Notes under the pieces: generated by a model
Seen by the model: the letters and a program-made list of their open reading frames with translations, nothing else
Databases searched by the model: none
What the model was told of the DNA's origin: nothing
Made by a program: the position numbers and the translations under genes
Virus record (IMG/VR): IMGVR_UViG_3300020045_003004
Location: 1 to 40,084 of that record
DNA from: a virus
Taxonomy: Duplodnaviria; Caudoviricetes
Strand: one strand, 5' to 3'
Length of the DNA stretch: 40,084 bases
Shown here: in pieces, positions 27,524 through 37,115 of the stretch
Layout of the letters: the number at the start of each line of letters is the position of its first letter
How positions within the stretch are numbered: position 1 is the stretch's first letter

Positions 27524-28399
27524 ATGGCAAATTATACAGAACCAATTATTGTACAAATAGTAAATGATGCAACCGCATCTATTTCAGGAAACTCTGGAAG
27601 AGGCGGTGGAGGAGGTAGTGCAATTGGAAACGCTGCTAAACTTAGTGCAGGATTTAACGTACTACAAGAAATTTACGGACTTATTAGCGAAGCAGTTAAA
27701 GGAGTGTTGCAACCAGTTGTATCAGTTATCAAAGGAGTGTTGAAATTATTAGCTCAATTCTTAAGACCAGCTATCGATATATTAATGGTATTTTTATTAC
27801 CATTAATGATGTTTATTAAACCATTAGTTAAGGTGTTTAACGAGATTATGAAACCATTTAGAAAGATAGCTTACGATATGATGAAATCAGGAGGAATGGC
27901 TGCCACGCAACCTGCAATATTAGTTTTATTAATGGGTATGCAAGCAGCTCTCGTTAACGTATTTGCAGCACTCTTAAAACAAGTCTTTATGATGATAGCT
28001 GGTATGGTTGATACAATATTTGGAACGAGCTTAGGAGAAACGGTTTCAAAGACATTTGATACTGTATTAGAAGTTTATAATAATGAAATGCTAAACGCCG
28101 CTACAGGAGTTCAAACCGGATTTAATAAGATAATGGATAGCTTAAATTTTGATTCAGCAACAGCAAATCTTGGTAGTAGATTACAGAAGAGCATCAACGA
28201 CGCACTTAACTCTATCAGCTGGAGTAAAAACTCTAAAGGTAAGATAACAGGAGTAAACGAATCAACTGGCAATATGACGGCATTTATCAGCAGTCAAGAG
28301 GTTACTTCAAGAAGTAACGCAACAGCTAAGAAGTACGGTATTGATTTGAGTAAGAATGAATCAGCATCGCAGATATTTAACAGATTAAGCAATGTATAA
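27524..28399 (+). CDS. Short tape measure protein
   Basis: Follows the chaperone; amphipathic LQPV/LRPA/IKPL/MKPF periodicity. Confidence 0.7.
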   Translation: MANYTEPIIVQIVNDATASISGNSGRGGGGGSAIGNAAKLSAGFNVLQEIYGLISEAVKGVLQPVVSVIKGVLKLLAQFLRPAIDILMVFLLPLMMFIKPLVKVFNEIMKPFRKIAYDMMKSGGMAATQPAILVLLMGMQAALVNVFAALLKQVFMMIAGMVDTIFGTSLGETVSKTFDTVLEVYNNEMLNAATGVQTGFNKIMDSLNFDSATANLGSRLQKSINDALNSISWSKNSKGKITGVNESTGNMTAFISSQEVTSRSNATAKKYGIDLSKNESASQIFNRLSNV

Positions 28400-28413
28400 G
28401 AGGATTGAAAATT

Positions 28414-28845
28414 ATGGTTGTAACATTAACAAACGGAGGCGTAACATTCACATTTAGCGAGGGAGAGTGCGAGTCAGTAAGAAGTGGACTCGCTGCTAAT
28501 CTAGACAGCGATAGTATGCCAGGAAGTGGACCACTCGACGCAATGCTTTTCGATTATAATGGAACATTAAAAACGATTACTATAAGTGGATTCTTATTTA
28601 ATGACGGAACAAATCATTTGGATTCAGGAACAGCAACAACTATAAATGGACAGAGACAATGGCTCGAAAAAATATTGAATGGTTCACAGACAGTAACAAC
28701 TATTGATAGTAATTACACGAGTAGTTGGAACGGTTCAGCATGGGTTGTTAGTACTTGTTTAAAATCAGCTATCGAGTTTGACGAACGAACAGGAGACCCT
28801 AATAGATTGGCGTTTACAATTAATTTAATAGTAGGTGGAGTATAA
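28414..28845 (+). CDS. Distal tail (Dit-like) protein
   Basis: Synteny; KTITISG, FTINLIVG; SD GAGGA. Confidence 0.55.
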   Translation: MVVTLTNGGVTFTFSEGECESVRSGLAANLDSDSMPGSGPLDAMLFDYNGTLKTITISGFLFNDGTNHLDSGTATTINGQRQWLEKILNGSQTVTTIDSNYTSSWNGSAWVVSTCLKSAIEFDERTGDPNRLAFTINLIVGGV

Positions 28846-30345
28846 ATGAGTAACCCAGGACTTTTTAAGATAACAATTGATGGAATAGATTGCTCATCTT
28901 ATCTTTATAATGGTACATTTACAAAGGATACTAAACAACCAGTCAAATACGGAGCATTTAGATTCACAAGAAATGTAGCAAACGTATTAACTGTTTCTAA
29001 ATTATTAATCGGTAAAAGTTTTAAGATAGAGAGAGGTTTCTTAACAAGTACCGAGCGTATAATGTTTCAAGGAGAGATAGTTAATGTTAGAACAACTGGT
29101 AGTCTTTATGATTTCGAGGTTGCTGATAAACTTTACAAGGCAGTTATTAGAGAGTACGATTACACCTTTGATATGAATACAGACACCGAAGCAGGTGTTG
29201 GTAGCGAAATAGTAAAAACACTATTAACAGATATTGGATTGTCATACACGACAACTTCTATCCCAACAACAGGTACAGACACTCCTTTCTTATTAAAAAA
29301 CTGGAAGATAGCAAAATCAATAATCAGCGGTTTAAAAGATTTAGGAAATATTTATTACAGACAATTATTCTACAGAGACGCTGAAGATTTAGTCTATTTT
29401 ACCGGGTATAGTTACGAGAATAGCTCGGTAATTTTAACAGTAGGAGATAATGTTGTTAATCGAGTTCAATGGTTAGATGCTGGAGAAAACATTGTTAATA
29501 ATGTAACATTCATTGGCGGAGAACAGCTTGATTGGACTACAGAAACATTAGTCCCTATAGCTGCACAAACAGTATTTACGCTTACTGCAAAGCCGGTCGA
29601 TACAGAAATATATGTTAATAGTGTAAAGATGGACCGCGGAGTTGATAGTGCAGACCCTAAAGATTTCTACGTAACAGCATATAATAAACAACTAATATTC
29701 ACAGTTACTCCTTATCCTAACAACGTAGTTGCTAGTTACAGCTACAACGTACCAGCAAAGGTTTTAATAGCAGACGATTCAAGCATTACAAATTATAATC
29801 AACGAGATGGAACTGTTATTAATAACGCAATAACTAACAGCGACGACGCTGAACTTCGTGCTACTAACTTTTTAGAGCAAAATTCTGATGCTTTGTTAAG
29901 CGCTCCATTAAGAGTTTTGGAAGAGAATACTTTAGAGGTTGGTCAAGTTGTTTATGTTGTTGATTCGCAGAATTCTCGAACAGAGTACGTTGTTGTTAAT
30001 AGTATAAAATACTTTTTCCCATTCAAACCAGATGAGGTTACTGTCGGAATACTACCTTTAAATGATAATGATGTAACTATTAAAACAATTGGTAGAGTTG
30101 CTGATTTAGAAAGACAATTAGCTACTGATAGCGATATCAACGTTCAACTCATCACTCAAGAAAAGACCGTTACTGTTGAGGGTTGGGAGAAGATTTACAG
30201 CGCACCAATGGATTCTGGAGTATTATATTGGGATTCAGATACTCAAGGTGATTGGGACCCTACAGGATTTAATTGGGGCGATGATGTTGCAGAAACTTAT
30301 ACTCTTATAGAAACAATATATATTAATGGAGTGACTACAGCATGA
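28846..30345 (+). CDS. Baseplate hub/Tal-like protein
   Basis: MFQGEI, IVNNVTFIGG, DDSSITNY, LEVGQVVYV hub-like pattern. Confidence 0.7.
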   Translation: MSNPGLFKITIDGIDCSSYLYNGTFTKDTKQPVKYGAFRFTRNVANVLTVSKLLIGKSFKIERGFLTSTERIMFQGEIVNVRTTGSLYDFEVADKLYKAVIREYDYTFDMNTDTEAGVGSEIVKTLLTDIGLSYTTTSIPTTGTDTPFLLKNWKIAKSIISGLKDLGNIYYRQLFYRDAEDLVYFTGYSYENSSVILTVGDNVVNRVQWLDAGENIVNNVTFIGGEQLDWTTETLVPIAAQTVFTLTAKPVDTEIYVNSVKMDRGVDSADPKDFYVTAYNKQLIFTVTPYPNNVVASYSYNVPAKVLIADDSSITNYNQRDGTVINNAITNSDDAELRATNFLEQNSDALLSAPLRVLEENTLEVGQVVYVVDSQNSRTEYVVVNSIKYFFPFKPDEVTVGILPLNDNDVTIKTIGRVADLERQLATDSDINVQLITQEKTVTVEGWEKIYSAPMDSGVLYWDSDTQGDWDPTGFNWGDDVAETYTLIETIYINGVTTA

Positions 30346-31244
30346 CTAACAATTTAAACATGACCAAGGATGGTATGAAGATACTATTAGATTTAACATT
30401 TGGAAACACAGCAACTACTTACACAAACCCTGCAAACTTTAGTGTAAGTATCGATACAGTGGATGTAACATTTTCTGACACTGCTTTAACAACTAGGGTT
30501 CCAATTCAAGGAGCGGAACTCGTTGATGCTTGTAATGCGATAACTGGATGGACAACAACAGGAACAGTAACTGTTAACGCAACTACTTATAAACCAGACG
30601 GAACAACTGACGGAAGTCTTAATCTTACAAAGACCGATACCTCAACAGCAACTGTTTACGCTAGCAAAACAACAACAAGCGTTGACGGAACGAGTAAGAA
30701 TTTTCTTGTTTGGTTCTATATTAAAGACGCAACAGCACTTGCAAAACTCAAATCTTCGGGTACTAGCTTTGAGTTAAGATTCGGAAGCGACTCAAGTAAC
30801 TACTATTATTACACAGCAACAACCGCAACTTTAGTTGTTGGCTGGCAATACATCAGCATAGCAATACCGGGAGGATTCACAGGAACAACAAGTAGTCCAT
30901 CAATAAGTGCTCTTGACTATACATATGTTGCTTATATTACCGAAGCAGCAACGGCGACAACATCAGCTGGAGATTTCATATTTGACGCAATAAGAGTAGC
31001 GAGCGCAGATGATTATATCAAAGCATTTGACAGCGTAACAATTGATGAAAGCGATTCGAGTGTAACAACAGTAAGTAAGTTATCAGTTACAGAAGCAAAT
31101 GGGTTTTTGTTAAATGGAATTGCTCATTATAATACAGATAGCACCGCTTTGATGAGTCTTAAAGGAAAATATACTGCAACTAGTAAGGGAACAACCGACC
31201 TTTTAAAGATTACTACAAAACTTAAATTCAGAAACATAACATAA
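30342..31244 (+). CDS. Tail tip protein with inserted carbohydrate-binding-like domain
   Basis: Thr-rich; VWFYI...LVVGWQYISI...FIFDAIR insert; VTEANG. Confidence 0.55.
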   Translation: MTNNLNMTKDGMKILLDLTFGNTATTYTNPANFSVSIDTVDVTFSDTALTTRVPIQGAELVDACNAITGWTTTGTVTVNATTYKPDGTTDGSLNLTKTDTSTATVYASKTTTSVDGTSKNFLVWFYIKDATALAKLKSSGTSFELRFGSDSSNYYYYTATTATLVVGWQYISIAIPGGFTGTTSSPSISALDYTYVAYITEAATATTSAGDFIFDAIRVASADDYIKAFDSVTIDESDSSVTTVSKLSVTEANGFLLNGIAHYNTDSTALMSLKGKYTATSKGTTDLLKITTKLKFRNIT

Positions 31245-31261
31245 AGGAGATGAAATAAAAC

Positions 31262-31822
31262 ATGGCATTTACAACATTTACGGCAGGAACAAAAGCAAAA
31301 GCAAGCGAAGTAAACGACAACTTCACATACACAACAACGTATTGCGATACTAACACAGAATGGTTCCCAATAGAAACATTAACCTATGCTGCAGAAACAA
31401 CAAAGACAACTACAGGAACTTTACCAGTTTATAAAACCTATAAAGTAACCTATGACAACATGCAAACATCAGGTGCAGATATACTTAACATAAGAGTTAA
31501 TGGAATATCGACGAGCAGTTATAATTATATAGGATTAAACAGCACAACGCTATCGACAGGAACAGCAACTCAATATGCTCTCGGGGTTATTGCAGCAGTT
31601 GATAGTACATCTGGAGAACTTATTATTTCTGGTAAATCAGCAGCTATTTCAAATGGTCAAATAACATTTAATGGAAGTAATGTATCTGGAGCAATTGGGT
31701 CTACAGGAATGCTTGGCGGAAGCTTGCCTTTAGGAAACGCCGTGCAAGTAACTAGTTTCTCAATTTACAGCGGCGGCGGAGCAAACTTAACCGGTCAAGT
31801 AAGGATTTGGGGTAGAAACTAA
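31262..31822 (+). CDS. Tail fibre/receptor-binding protein
   Basis: FTAGTKAKASEVNDNF N-terminus; C-terminal VTSFSIY...GQVRIWG. Confidence 0.7.
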   Translation: MAFTTFTAGTKAKASEVNDNFTYTTTYCDTNTEWFPIETLTYAAETTKTTTGTLPVYKTYKVTYDNMQTSGADILNIRVNGISTSSYNYIGLNSTTLSTGTATQYALGVIAAVDSTSGELIISGKSAAISNGQITFNGSNVSGAIGSTGMLGGSLPLGNAVQVTSFSIYSGGGANLTGQVRIWGRN

Positions 31823-32532
31823 TGAATGTAACTTTTACTAACAATTTTTGGAGCAGGTTTGGAGAGACTATTAGAAAGGCTCTCTTCTTCGAATCTAGTT
31901 ATAGATACGACTTCGGTTTAGGAAGCAAAAACGTTCGTGACGTTTGCAAATATTATCTTGATGGAGAAACTTGGAGAAAACTAAACATCATAGTTATGGA
32001 GAATAAACTATTCAACCCGAGAGATGAGTATAACACAGTAGTGAGGGTTATGAAATGGTTGAACGCTACTTATCCATCGAGTATTTACTATTTGAAGGAT
32101 GGTAGTAGAGATACTTGGAACAGCCCGCTCGATACATTAGTTAGTTTTGAGAATAGAAAAGTATATAAAGAACAGAATCAGAGATTAACCATTACACAGT
32201 TAAAGCTCTCATTGTTGTGGAATAGTTTTTCAACAACAGATTGCGACGATTACGCGATACTCTTATACAACCTTTTAAGAGTTGCTGGAGTCAAGAAAGA
32301 AAACTTATACTTATGCTTTATGAAAACAACAGGCGAATGGCACCTGAATTTGATGTATTGGCACCAAAATACACCATACGCAATAGAAGGAACGTATAGA
32401 CCAAACGACGCAATAAAAAACTTTGGTAGAACGCCATACTTCACAATCGATTATTACAAATACGTTAAGTGGATGTTTAACGAAGATAAAGTCTTCCGTT
32501 ATTCAGAAAAGATTAATCAATTAAAGAGATGA
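31822..32532 (+). CDS. Transglutaminase-like cysteine protease
   Basis: DCDDYAILLYNLLRVAGV, GEWHLNL, YAIEGT (putative Cys-His-acid triad). Confidence 0.75.
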   Translation: MNVTFTNNFWSRFGETIRKALFFESSYRYDFGLGSKNVRDVCKYYLDGETWRKLNIIVMENKLFNPRDEYNTVVRVMKWLNATYPSSIYYLKDGSRDTWNSPLDTLVSFENRKVYKEQNQRLTITQLKLSLLWNSFSTTDCDDYAILLYNLLRVAGVKKENLYLCFMKTTGEWHLNLMYWHQNTPYAIEGTYRPNDAIKNFGRTPYFTIDYYKYVKWMFNEDKVFRYSEKINQLKR

Positions 32533-32561
32533 ACTGACCAACGACGAATCAACTACACGAC

Positions 32562-32930
32562 TTGATATGTTTAGAATTAGCTAAGGTTGTTAAAAGGGAT
32601 TACCCTGATTCTATAGTCGGTTTATTCTACGATTACCCGCGAGGAGAGATTGATGTTTATAGAAAGAGCGTTCGTTTAAGTAGCGGTTTATGGGTTGCTG
32701 ATTACGAAGTTAAGAGTCACGATTGTCCTCGAAGCCGTGATAAAGCAATCGACCAATTGCAGCGAGCAAAGAAGTATTGGCATAACGAAAAGGGTGCTTT
32801 TATTGTTGATAGTTATTTCGTATTCTCAGAACGCAATGAAGACAAGTTTAGCGTAGTTCCTTTGTTCACCGACCGGCTTGATTTTAATATTAAAAGAACT
32901 TATGATTTAAATGAAGGTGATTGTAGATGA
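32562..32930 (+). CDS. PD-(D/E)xK-like nuclease
   Basis: GEIDVY...DYEVKS...KAIDQL; start uncertain. Confidence 0.55.
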   Translation: MICLELAKVVKRDYPDSIVGLFYDYPRGEIDVYRKSVRLSSGLWVADYEVKSHDCPRSRDKAIDQLQRAKKYWHNEKGAFIVDSYFVFSERNEDKFSVVPLFTDRLDFNIKRTYDLNEGDCR

Positions 32931-33358
32931 ATTGGTTAACAAAGCATTTAGTTGGAGCCTTACTAGTTGTTCAAATAGGCAGCGCAGAACCGCCAAAGAT
33001 AAAGACTGTTTATGAACCATTAACACCTAAGGAACTCATCGAAGTAGTTGCTAATTACGATATTCACAAAGTTAGTTTGCCAGTAATAGGCAATCCAATA
33101 ACAGGTTATTCTATATTGAAAGGTACAACAGATTATTTTGAAAGAGACATCGCTTTAAACCAGATAATAACAGAAGATGAGATGAGGATAACTATATTGC
33201 ATGAGTTTAGACATGCTATTCACGATAAGAAGGGGTTTAGTCAGAACGAAGATGTTATTAGAGATTTTAGCTGTAGAGATTATAAATTAATTTATAACAA
33301 AAATTGTCCTAATCCACGAGGGTTAGAGGATGTTATTCAGGAGAAGTATCTAAAATGA
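32927..33358 (+). CDS. Zincin-like metallopeptidase with hydrophobic N-terminus
   Basis: TILHEFRHAIH...NE. Confidence 0.6.
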   Translation: MNWLTKHLVGALLVVQIGSAEPPKIKTVYEPLTPKELIEVVANYDIHKVSLPVIGNPITGYSILKGTTDYFERDIALNQIITEDEMRITILHEFRHAIHDKKGFSQNEDVIRDFSCRDYKLIYNKNCPNPRGLEDVIQEKYLK

Positions 33359-33615
33359 AACCTAGCAAGACTCATAAAGGATTGGTTGAACTTACAGAGT
33401 TTGAGTTTGATAAGCTTTGTCTTGAGAATGTCAAGAATGGAAGCGTTAAACCGGATGCTTATGAGAAGTTGTATACAGAGTTAGAATTTTATAAGACTCA
33501 CAATGCCATCATCAGGTATTATCTTAATCCTGTTGATGCGACTATAAGATATGTTATTGAGGAGAAGAGGAGTATTGGTTATTATGATACAGCTAGAAGA
33601 ACTGCTAAAAGATAA
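33355..33615 (+). CDS. Hypothetical protein
   Basis: ATGA-coupled ORF. Confidence 0.55.
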   Translation: MKPSKTHKGLVELTEFEFDKLCLENVKNGSVKPDAYEKLYTELEFYKTHNAIIRYYLNPVDATIRYVIEEKRSIGYYDTARRTAKR

Positions 33616-33769
33616 ACCGGAGTTAGGTTTCAAAATGATTTACTTTGGTAATGAGCATTACGTTAGCTTCATAACAAGAACAGGAAAGGATATTACTCGT
33701 GGCGATGGTAAGAGTGTTCAAGAAAGCATTAATGCTTGTTTGAAGAAGTATGAGGTGTCTTATGGATAA
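33584..33769 (+). CDS. Hypothetical protein
   Basis: In frame with track ORF 33551-33769; GAGGAG upstream. Confidence 0.5.
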   Translation: MIQLEELLKDKPELGFKMIYFGNEHYVSFITRTGKDITRGDGKSVQESINACLKKYEVSYG

Positions 33770-34358
33770 ATTAAAGGTTGGGTTGGATATTGATGGTGTA
33801 TTGAGGAATTTTGCTTCTAGTTTGGTTGATACTTACAAGACGCGTTACCCCGAGCATGACGTTACTCCTATTTATCAATGGAGTAATTACGACATCTCAG
33901 GCTACTTCCCGATAGGCAAAGATATCCAACAGTTTATGAGAGACCATTGCTTAGAGATTTTCTTACTCGGTAAACCTTACCAGAACGCCCAGAGAGCGTT
34001 TAAACATCTTAAAGAAACTAATAAGGTTGTTATTGTTAGCTATCAGATTAGTAAATTGGCTGAGGAAGTTACCAGTAGCTGGCTTAGATTATACGGTCTT
34101 ATTCCAGATGAGATAATATTCACAGACAAAAAAGAAGAAGTTAAAGGTATAGACCTATTGGTAGATGACTGCACTGATAACCTTAGAAAAATCAGAGCTA
34201 AAGAAAATGGAGTTGTACCAGTTGCTTTTACAAGACCTTGGAATAAAGATTGGAATGGTAAAAGAGTTAAGGATTGGGATGATTTATTCGGATTTATAGA
34301 TTATTTAAAAAACGACGGCAGAGGTGTTTATTATGGGAAAAGACAAGAGTTTAGATGA
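33762..34358 (+). CDS. HAD-family 5'(3')-deoxyribonucleotidase
   Basis: GLDIDGVL, VIVS, K, LLVDD, RPWN; SD GAGGTG before ATG 33762. Confidence 0.85.
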   Translation: MDKLKVGLDIDGVLRNFASSLVDTYKTRYPEHDVTPIYQWSNYDISGYFPIGKDIQQFMRDHCLEIFLLGKPYQNAQRAFKHLKETNKVVIVSYQISKLAEEVTSSWLRLYGLIPDEIIFTDKKEEVKGIDLLVDDCTDNLRKIRAKENGVVPVAFTRPWNKDWNGKRVKDWDDLFGFIDYLKNDGRGVYYGKRQEFR

Positions 34359-35166
34359 ACAAATACTTGAAATTATTAAGAAACAAAATCTTACAGTAGA
34401 AGAAGCTAAGAGAGCACTTGCTCAACTTAGCCAACCAGAAAAACTTAGAAGGAGTTATGAACACTTCTACGACTCTAAAAAAGTTAAGCTTGGAGTGTTT
34501 AGCGACCCGCATTTCGGTAGTAAATTCTTCGATTATCAAGCATTCGACCATGCAGTAAAGACTTTCAATAAAGAAAAGGTTGATGCCATTTACATACCCG
34601 GCGATGTTATAGAAGGCATGAGCACTAGACCAGGACATGTTTATGAACTTGAACATATTGGTAACACTGCACAGATTAATCATGCTGCTCAAATGCTTGG
34701 TCAATTCAAACAACCAATTTATTTCATAACAGGTAACCACGATGAGTGGGCTAAGAAGAAGAGCGACCAAGGAACACTTGTTGGTCCAGAAATCGCTAGT
34801 CGTGTTAAAGGTAGCACATTCCTTGGAGAATACACTGCAGATATAAAACTTAATCCTAACGTTACAATGAGATTAACACATGAAGGAGCGACAGCTTATG
34901 CATTAAGTTATAGTTTGCAAAAGAGGATTAATGCTTTGAGTGGAGGCACTAAACCCGACATCTTACTAAACGGACACCTCCACAAGATGTTATATCTTTA
35001 TTACAGAAACATCCAAGCAATGGAATGTGGTACGTTGCTTAAACAGACTCCGTTCATGCAAATGCTTGGAAGCCCAGCTCATGTTGGATTTACAATTTTA
35101 GACATCGGATACAATAAGAAAGGGGTTAATAGTTTTAGCCCGACAATATATCCACATTATGAGTGA
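34333..35166 (+). CDS. Calcineurin-like metallophosphoesterase
   Basis: SDPHFG, PGDVIEG, TGNHD, LTH, NGHLH. Confidence 0.9.
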   Translation: MGKDKSLDEQILEIIKKQNLTVEEAKRALAQLSQPEKLRRSYEHFYDSKKVKLGVFSDPHFGSKFFDYQAFDHAVKTFNKEKVDAIYIPGDVIEGMSTRPGHVYELEHIGNTAQINHAAQMLGQFKQPIYFITGNHDEWAKKKSDQGTLVGPEIASRVKGSTFLGEYTADIKLNPNVTMRLTHEGATAYALSYSLQKRINALSGGTKPDILLNGHLHKMLYLYYRNIQAMECGTLLKQTPFMQMLGSPAHVGFTILDIGYNKKGVNSFSPTIYPHYE

Positions 35167-35509
35167 GGTGAATTATATGTTAGATGATAAACTAATAGGA
35201 GTACAAGGAGACCTTGCAAAAATAATCCTTGGAATATTAAAAGACTTTGATTACAAGAACGTTGACAAAAAATATTTAAATCGTAGATACGCTGAAAAAA
35301 GAAATGAGAGCCTATTGGGAGTAACCGACCCTAATAAGAAGATTATATACGTCGCTAGAGACCAATCTGATGTTGAGAGAGAAATTACTCAACTTCATGA
35401 ATTTGCTCATTGTTACTTGTTCGGTATTGGTATTCCCGACCTCCCAGAAGATGAGGTTGATAACATCGCTTATAGGTGGCGAAGGAAGATGTATGAAGGA
35501 TTAAGATAA
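35159..35509 (+). CDS. Zincin-like metallopeptidase (HExxH)
   Basis: LLGVT...IIYV...TQLHEFAH...EDEVD. Confidence 0.65.
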   Translation: MSEVNYMLDDKLIGVQGDLAKIILGILKDFDYKNVDKKYLNRRYAEKRNESLLGVTDPNKKIIYVARDQSDVEREITQLHEFAHCYLFGIGIPDLPEDEVDNIAYRWRRKMYEGLR

Positions 35510-35531
35510 AAAAATTGGAGGATTGATGTGT

Positions 35532-35768
35532 ATGGTAGATAAGATAGTTAGCCCGAAGAGAAGTTTCGTCGGTTGGAAATTTAGTAAATGGTTTGTTGGA
35601 AACTGGCAAACAATTAAAGAGCTTGTAAAGGTAGGTCTTCCTGCTTTGCTCGCTTGGAGTGCAACAGCTAATCCTTTATGGACTGTCGTGTTAACAATAC
35701 TCGGCAAGCTGGTATTGGACACTGGAGAATTCTTCTTTAGTAGCTATTCAGCTAAAGAACTTCAATAA
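35532..35768 (+). CDS. Small two-TM holin-like protein
   Basis: VGLPALLAW and LWTVVLTILG; last gene of the late block; GGAGG upstream. Confidence 0.5.
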   Translation: MVDKIVSPKRSFVGWKFSKWFVGNWQTIKELVKVGLPALLAWSATANPLWTVVLTILGKLVLDTGEFFFSSYSAKELQ

Positions 35769-35783
35769 AGCTCAACACCCTTT

Positions 35784-35832
35784 ACCAACTCGTCGGTTCG
35801 TTTACTCACCTCTTCTTTACTGACGAGTTGGT
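35784..35832. other. 14-bp stem-loop at the late/early boundary
   Basis: accaactcgtcggt pairs with actgacgagttggt (one G-U); 21-nt pyrimidine-rich loop. Confidence 0.8.
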
Positions 35833-35917
35833 TTAAATTATTTATCGCCTTTATAAAAGGTGTATTCTACAGTTTAAAATAGTATATAAATAAATGTTGA
35901 TGTGTATACTAAAGTCA

Positions 35918-35932
35918 GGAAGTATTTATAAA
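35918..35932 (+). promoter_or_regulatory. Early promoter (BRE/TATA)
   Basis: GGAAGTA then TTTATAAA (35925-35932) ahead of the small-ORF cluster. Confidence 0.55.
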
Positions 35933-35998
35933 GATACTATAACCTTATAGTACTATAAGAAGCTGAAGAAAAGCAGCTAACAAGAAAGGTGATTTAAA

Positions 35999-36097
35999 AT
36001 GAACAACATACAATTTATGAAGTGGCAATTAGAAGTCGCTAACCAAGAATACAATGGCGACTTGAAACTCTTTAACAACATAGTAGGTGATTACTAA
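35999..36097 (+). CDS. Small early protein, 32 aa (not in track)
   Basis: SD AGGTGA; MNNIQFMKWQ...GDY*. Confidence 0.55.
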   Translation: MNNIQFMKWQLEVANQEYNGDLKLFNNIVGDY

Positions 36098-36219
36098 TGG
36101 AAGCAATGAAAGATATTCAAATACAAAGAGACAATGGTGATTTTGGGTATTATCCTGAAGAGCAAGAGGTTATGGATGACGATAAGCTCCATAAAGAATT
36201 GAAGAGGTGCAGAAAATGA
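36097..36219 (+). CDS. Small early protein, 40 aa (not in track)
   Basis: SD AGGTGA; TAATG coupling. Confidence 0.55.
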   Translation: MEAMKDIQIQRDNGDFGYYPEEQEVMDDDKLHKELKRCRK

Positions 36220-36413
36220 GAGGAGGAGCAGATGTAAAGTTAGCCGAAGATTTCGATGATATTATTTCTATGTTAGAATGGCGTAAACAATCTTTATTAG
36301 ATTTAGTAGATGTGTTAAAGCCTTATAATAAGACAACTAAAGAATATCTTATTAGAGTCAAAGAACTTGACTGGTTAATTAGTAAATTTAAACAAAAGGT
36401 GAAACAATGGTAA
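36216..36413 (+). CDS. Hypothetical early protein
   Basis: SD GAGGTG; ATGA coupling. Confidence 0.55.
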   Translation: MRGGADVKLAEDFDDIISMLEWRKQSLLDLVDVLKPYNKTTKEYLIRVKELDWLISKFKQKVKQW

Positions 36414-36580
36414 GATTTTGTACAGAATACGATAAACATAAAGATGGTGAAGAAATAGAGATGACACTGGAAGAGTTTGCATGCGGCGGAGAAGAAACCG
36501 AGATGGGTTATGAATGCCCTGAATGTGGCAAACAAGACTTCGAACCAGATGAAGAAGAATATGTAAAGGAGGGCGAATAA
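36407..36580 (+). CDS. Acidic Zn-ribbon-like protein, 57 aa (not in track)
   Basis: SD AGGTGA; YECPECG; very Glu-rich. Confidence 0.55.
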   Translation: MVRFCTEYDKHKDGEEIEMTLEEFACGGEETEMGYECPECGKQDFEPDEEEYVKEGE

Positions 36581-36581
36581 A

Positions 36582-36836
36582 ATGAGTGAATACAAACAAC
36601 TTAATCCAAATGAATACTCTGAATTGCGGAGACAAGCTTTGGAAGAGATGAGATTAAACAAAGAAGCACAAGATGCTTTTGTCAAGAGTGAGATAGTAAA
36701 GGCAGGTAGGAACTTTGTAGAGACTAAACGTATTGAATACCTTTGTCTAAAATGTTTATCCACGAAGAGTAAGAACCCAACTGTTTACAGGATAAGTAAA
36801 CCAGGTTGTGAACATAAATGGAGAGTGAAAGAATGA
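36582..36836 (+). CDS. Zn-binding hypothetical protein
   Basis: SD GGAGG; CLKC...CEHKW. Confidence 0.6.
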   Translation: MSEYKQLNPNEYSELRRQALEEMRLNKEAQDAFVKSEIVKAGRNFVETKRIEYLCLKCLSTKSKNPTVYRISKPGCEHKWRVKE

Positions 36837-37114
36837 ATACCCCAATAGATATGGACGGACATTGGAATTGTAGTGTGTGTGGTTGCAGTTGGACATTTTA
36901 TGAAGCTGCAATGAAATGTTGTAATCGGGTACAACCTAAAGAACAAGTTAAAGTTAAAGATTTGTATCCAGACTCAGTAGAAGTTGGTACACCAGCTAAA
37001 GGCGGTGCTTTGAAGGTTTACTTTGATGCAAGTAATGAAACGGCAGCTAGAGAGCGAGTCGAGAACGCTCATCGTATACTCAAGTATACAAGAGAATTAA
37101 TGGAGGTGAAGTAA
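36833..37114 (+). CDS. Hypothetical protein with CSVC...CC motif
   Basis: WNCSVCG...AMKCC; DSVEVGTPAKGGALKVYFD C-terminal domain. Confidence 0.6.
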   Translation: MNTPIDMDGHWNCSVCGCSWTFYEAAMKCCNRVQPKEQVKVKDLYPDSVEVGTPAKGGALKVYFDASNETAARERVENAHRILKYTRELMEVK

Positions 37115-37115
37115 A

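Noticed and set aside
35770-35998. tRNA in the largest intergenic region
   Set aside because: Only a single hairpin; no cloverleaf or T-loop GTTCRA context.
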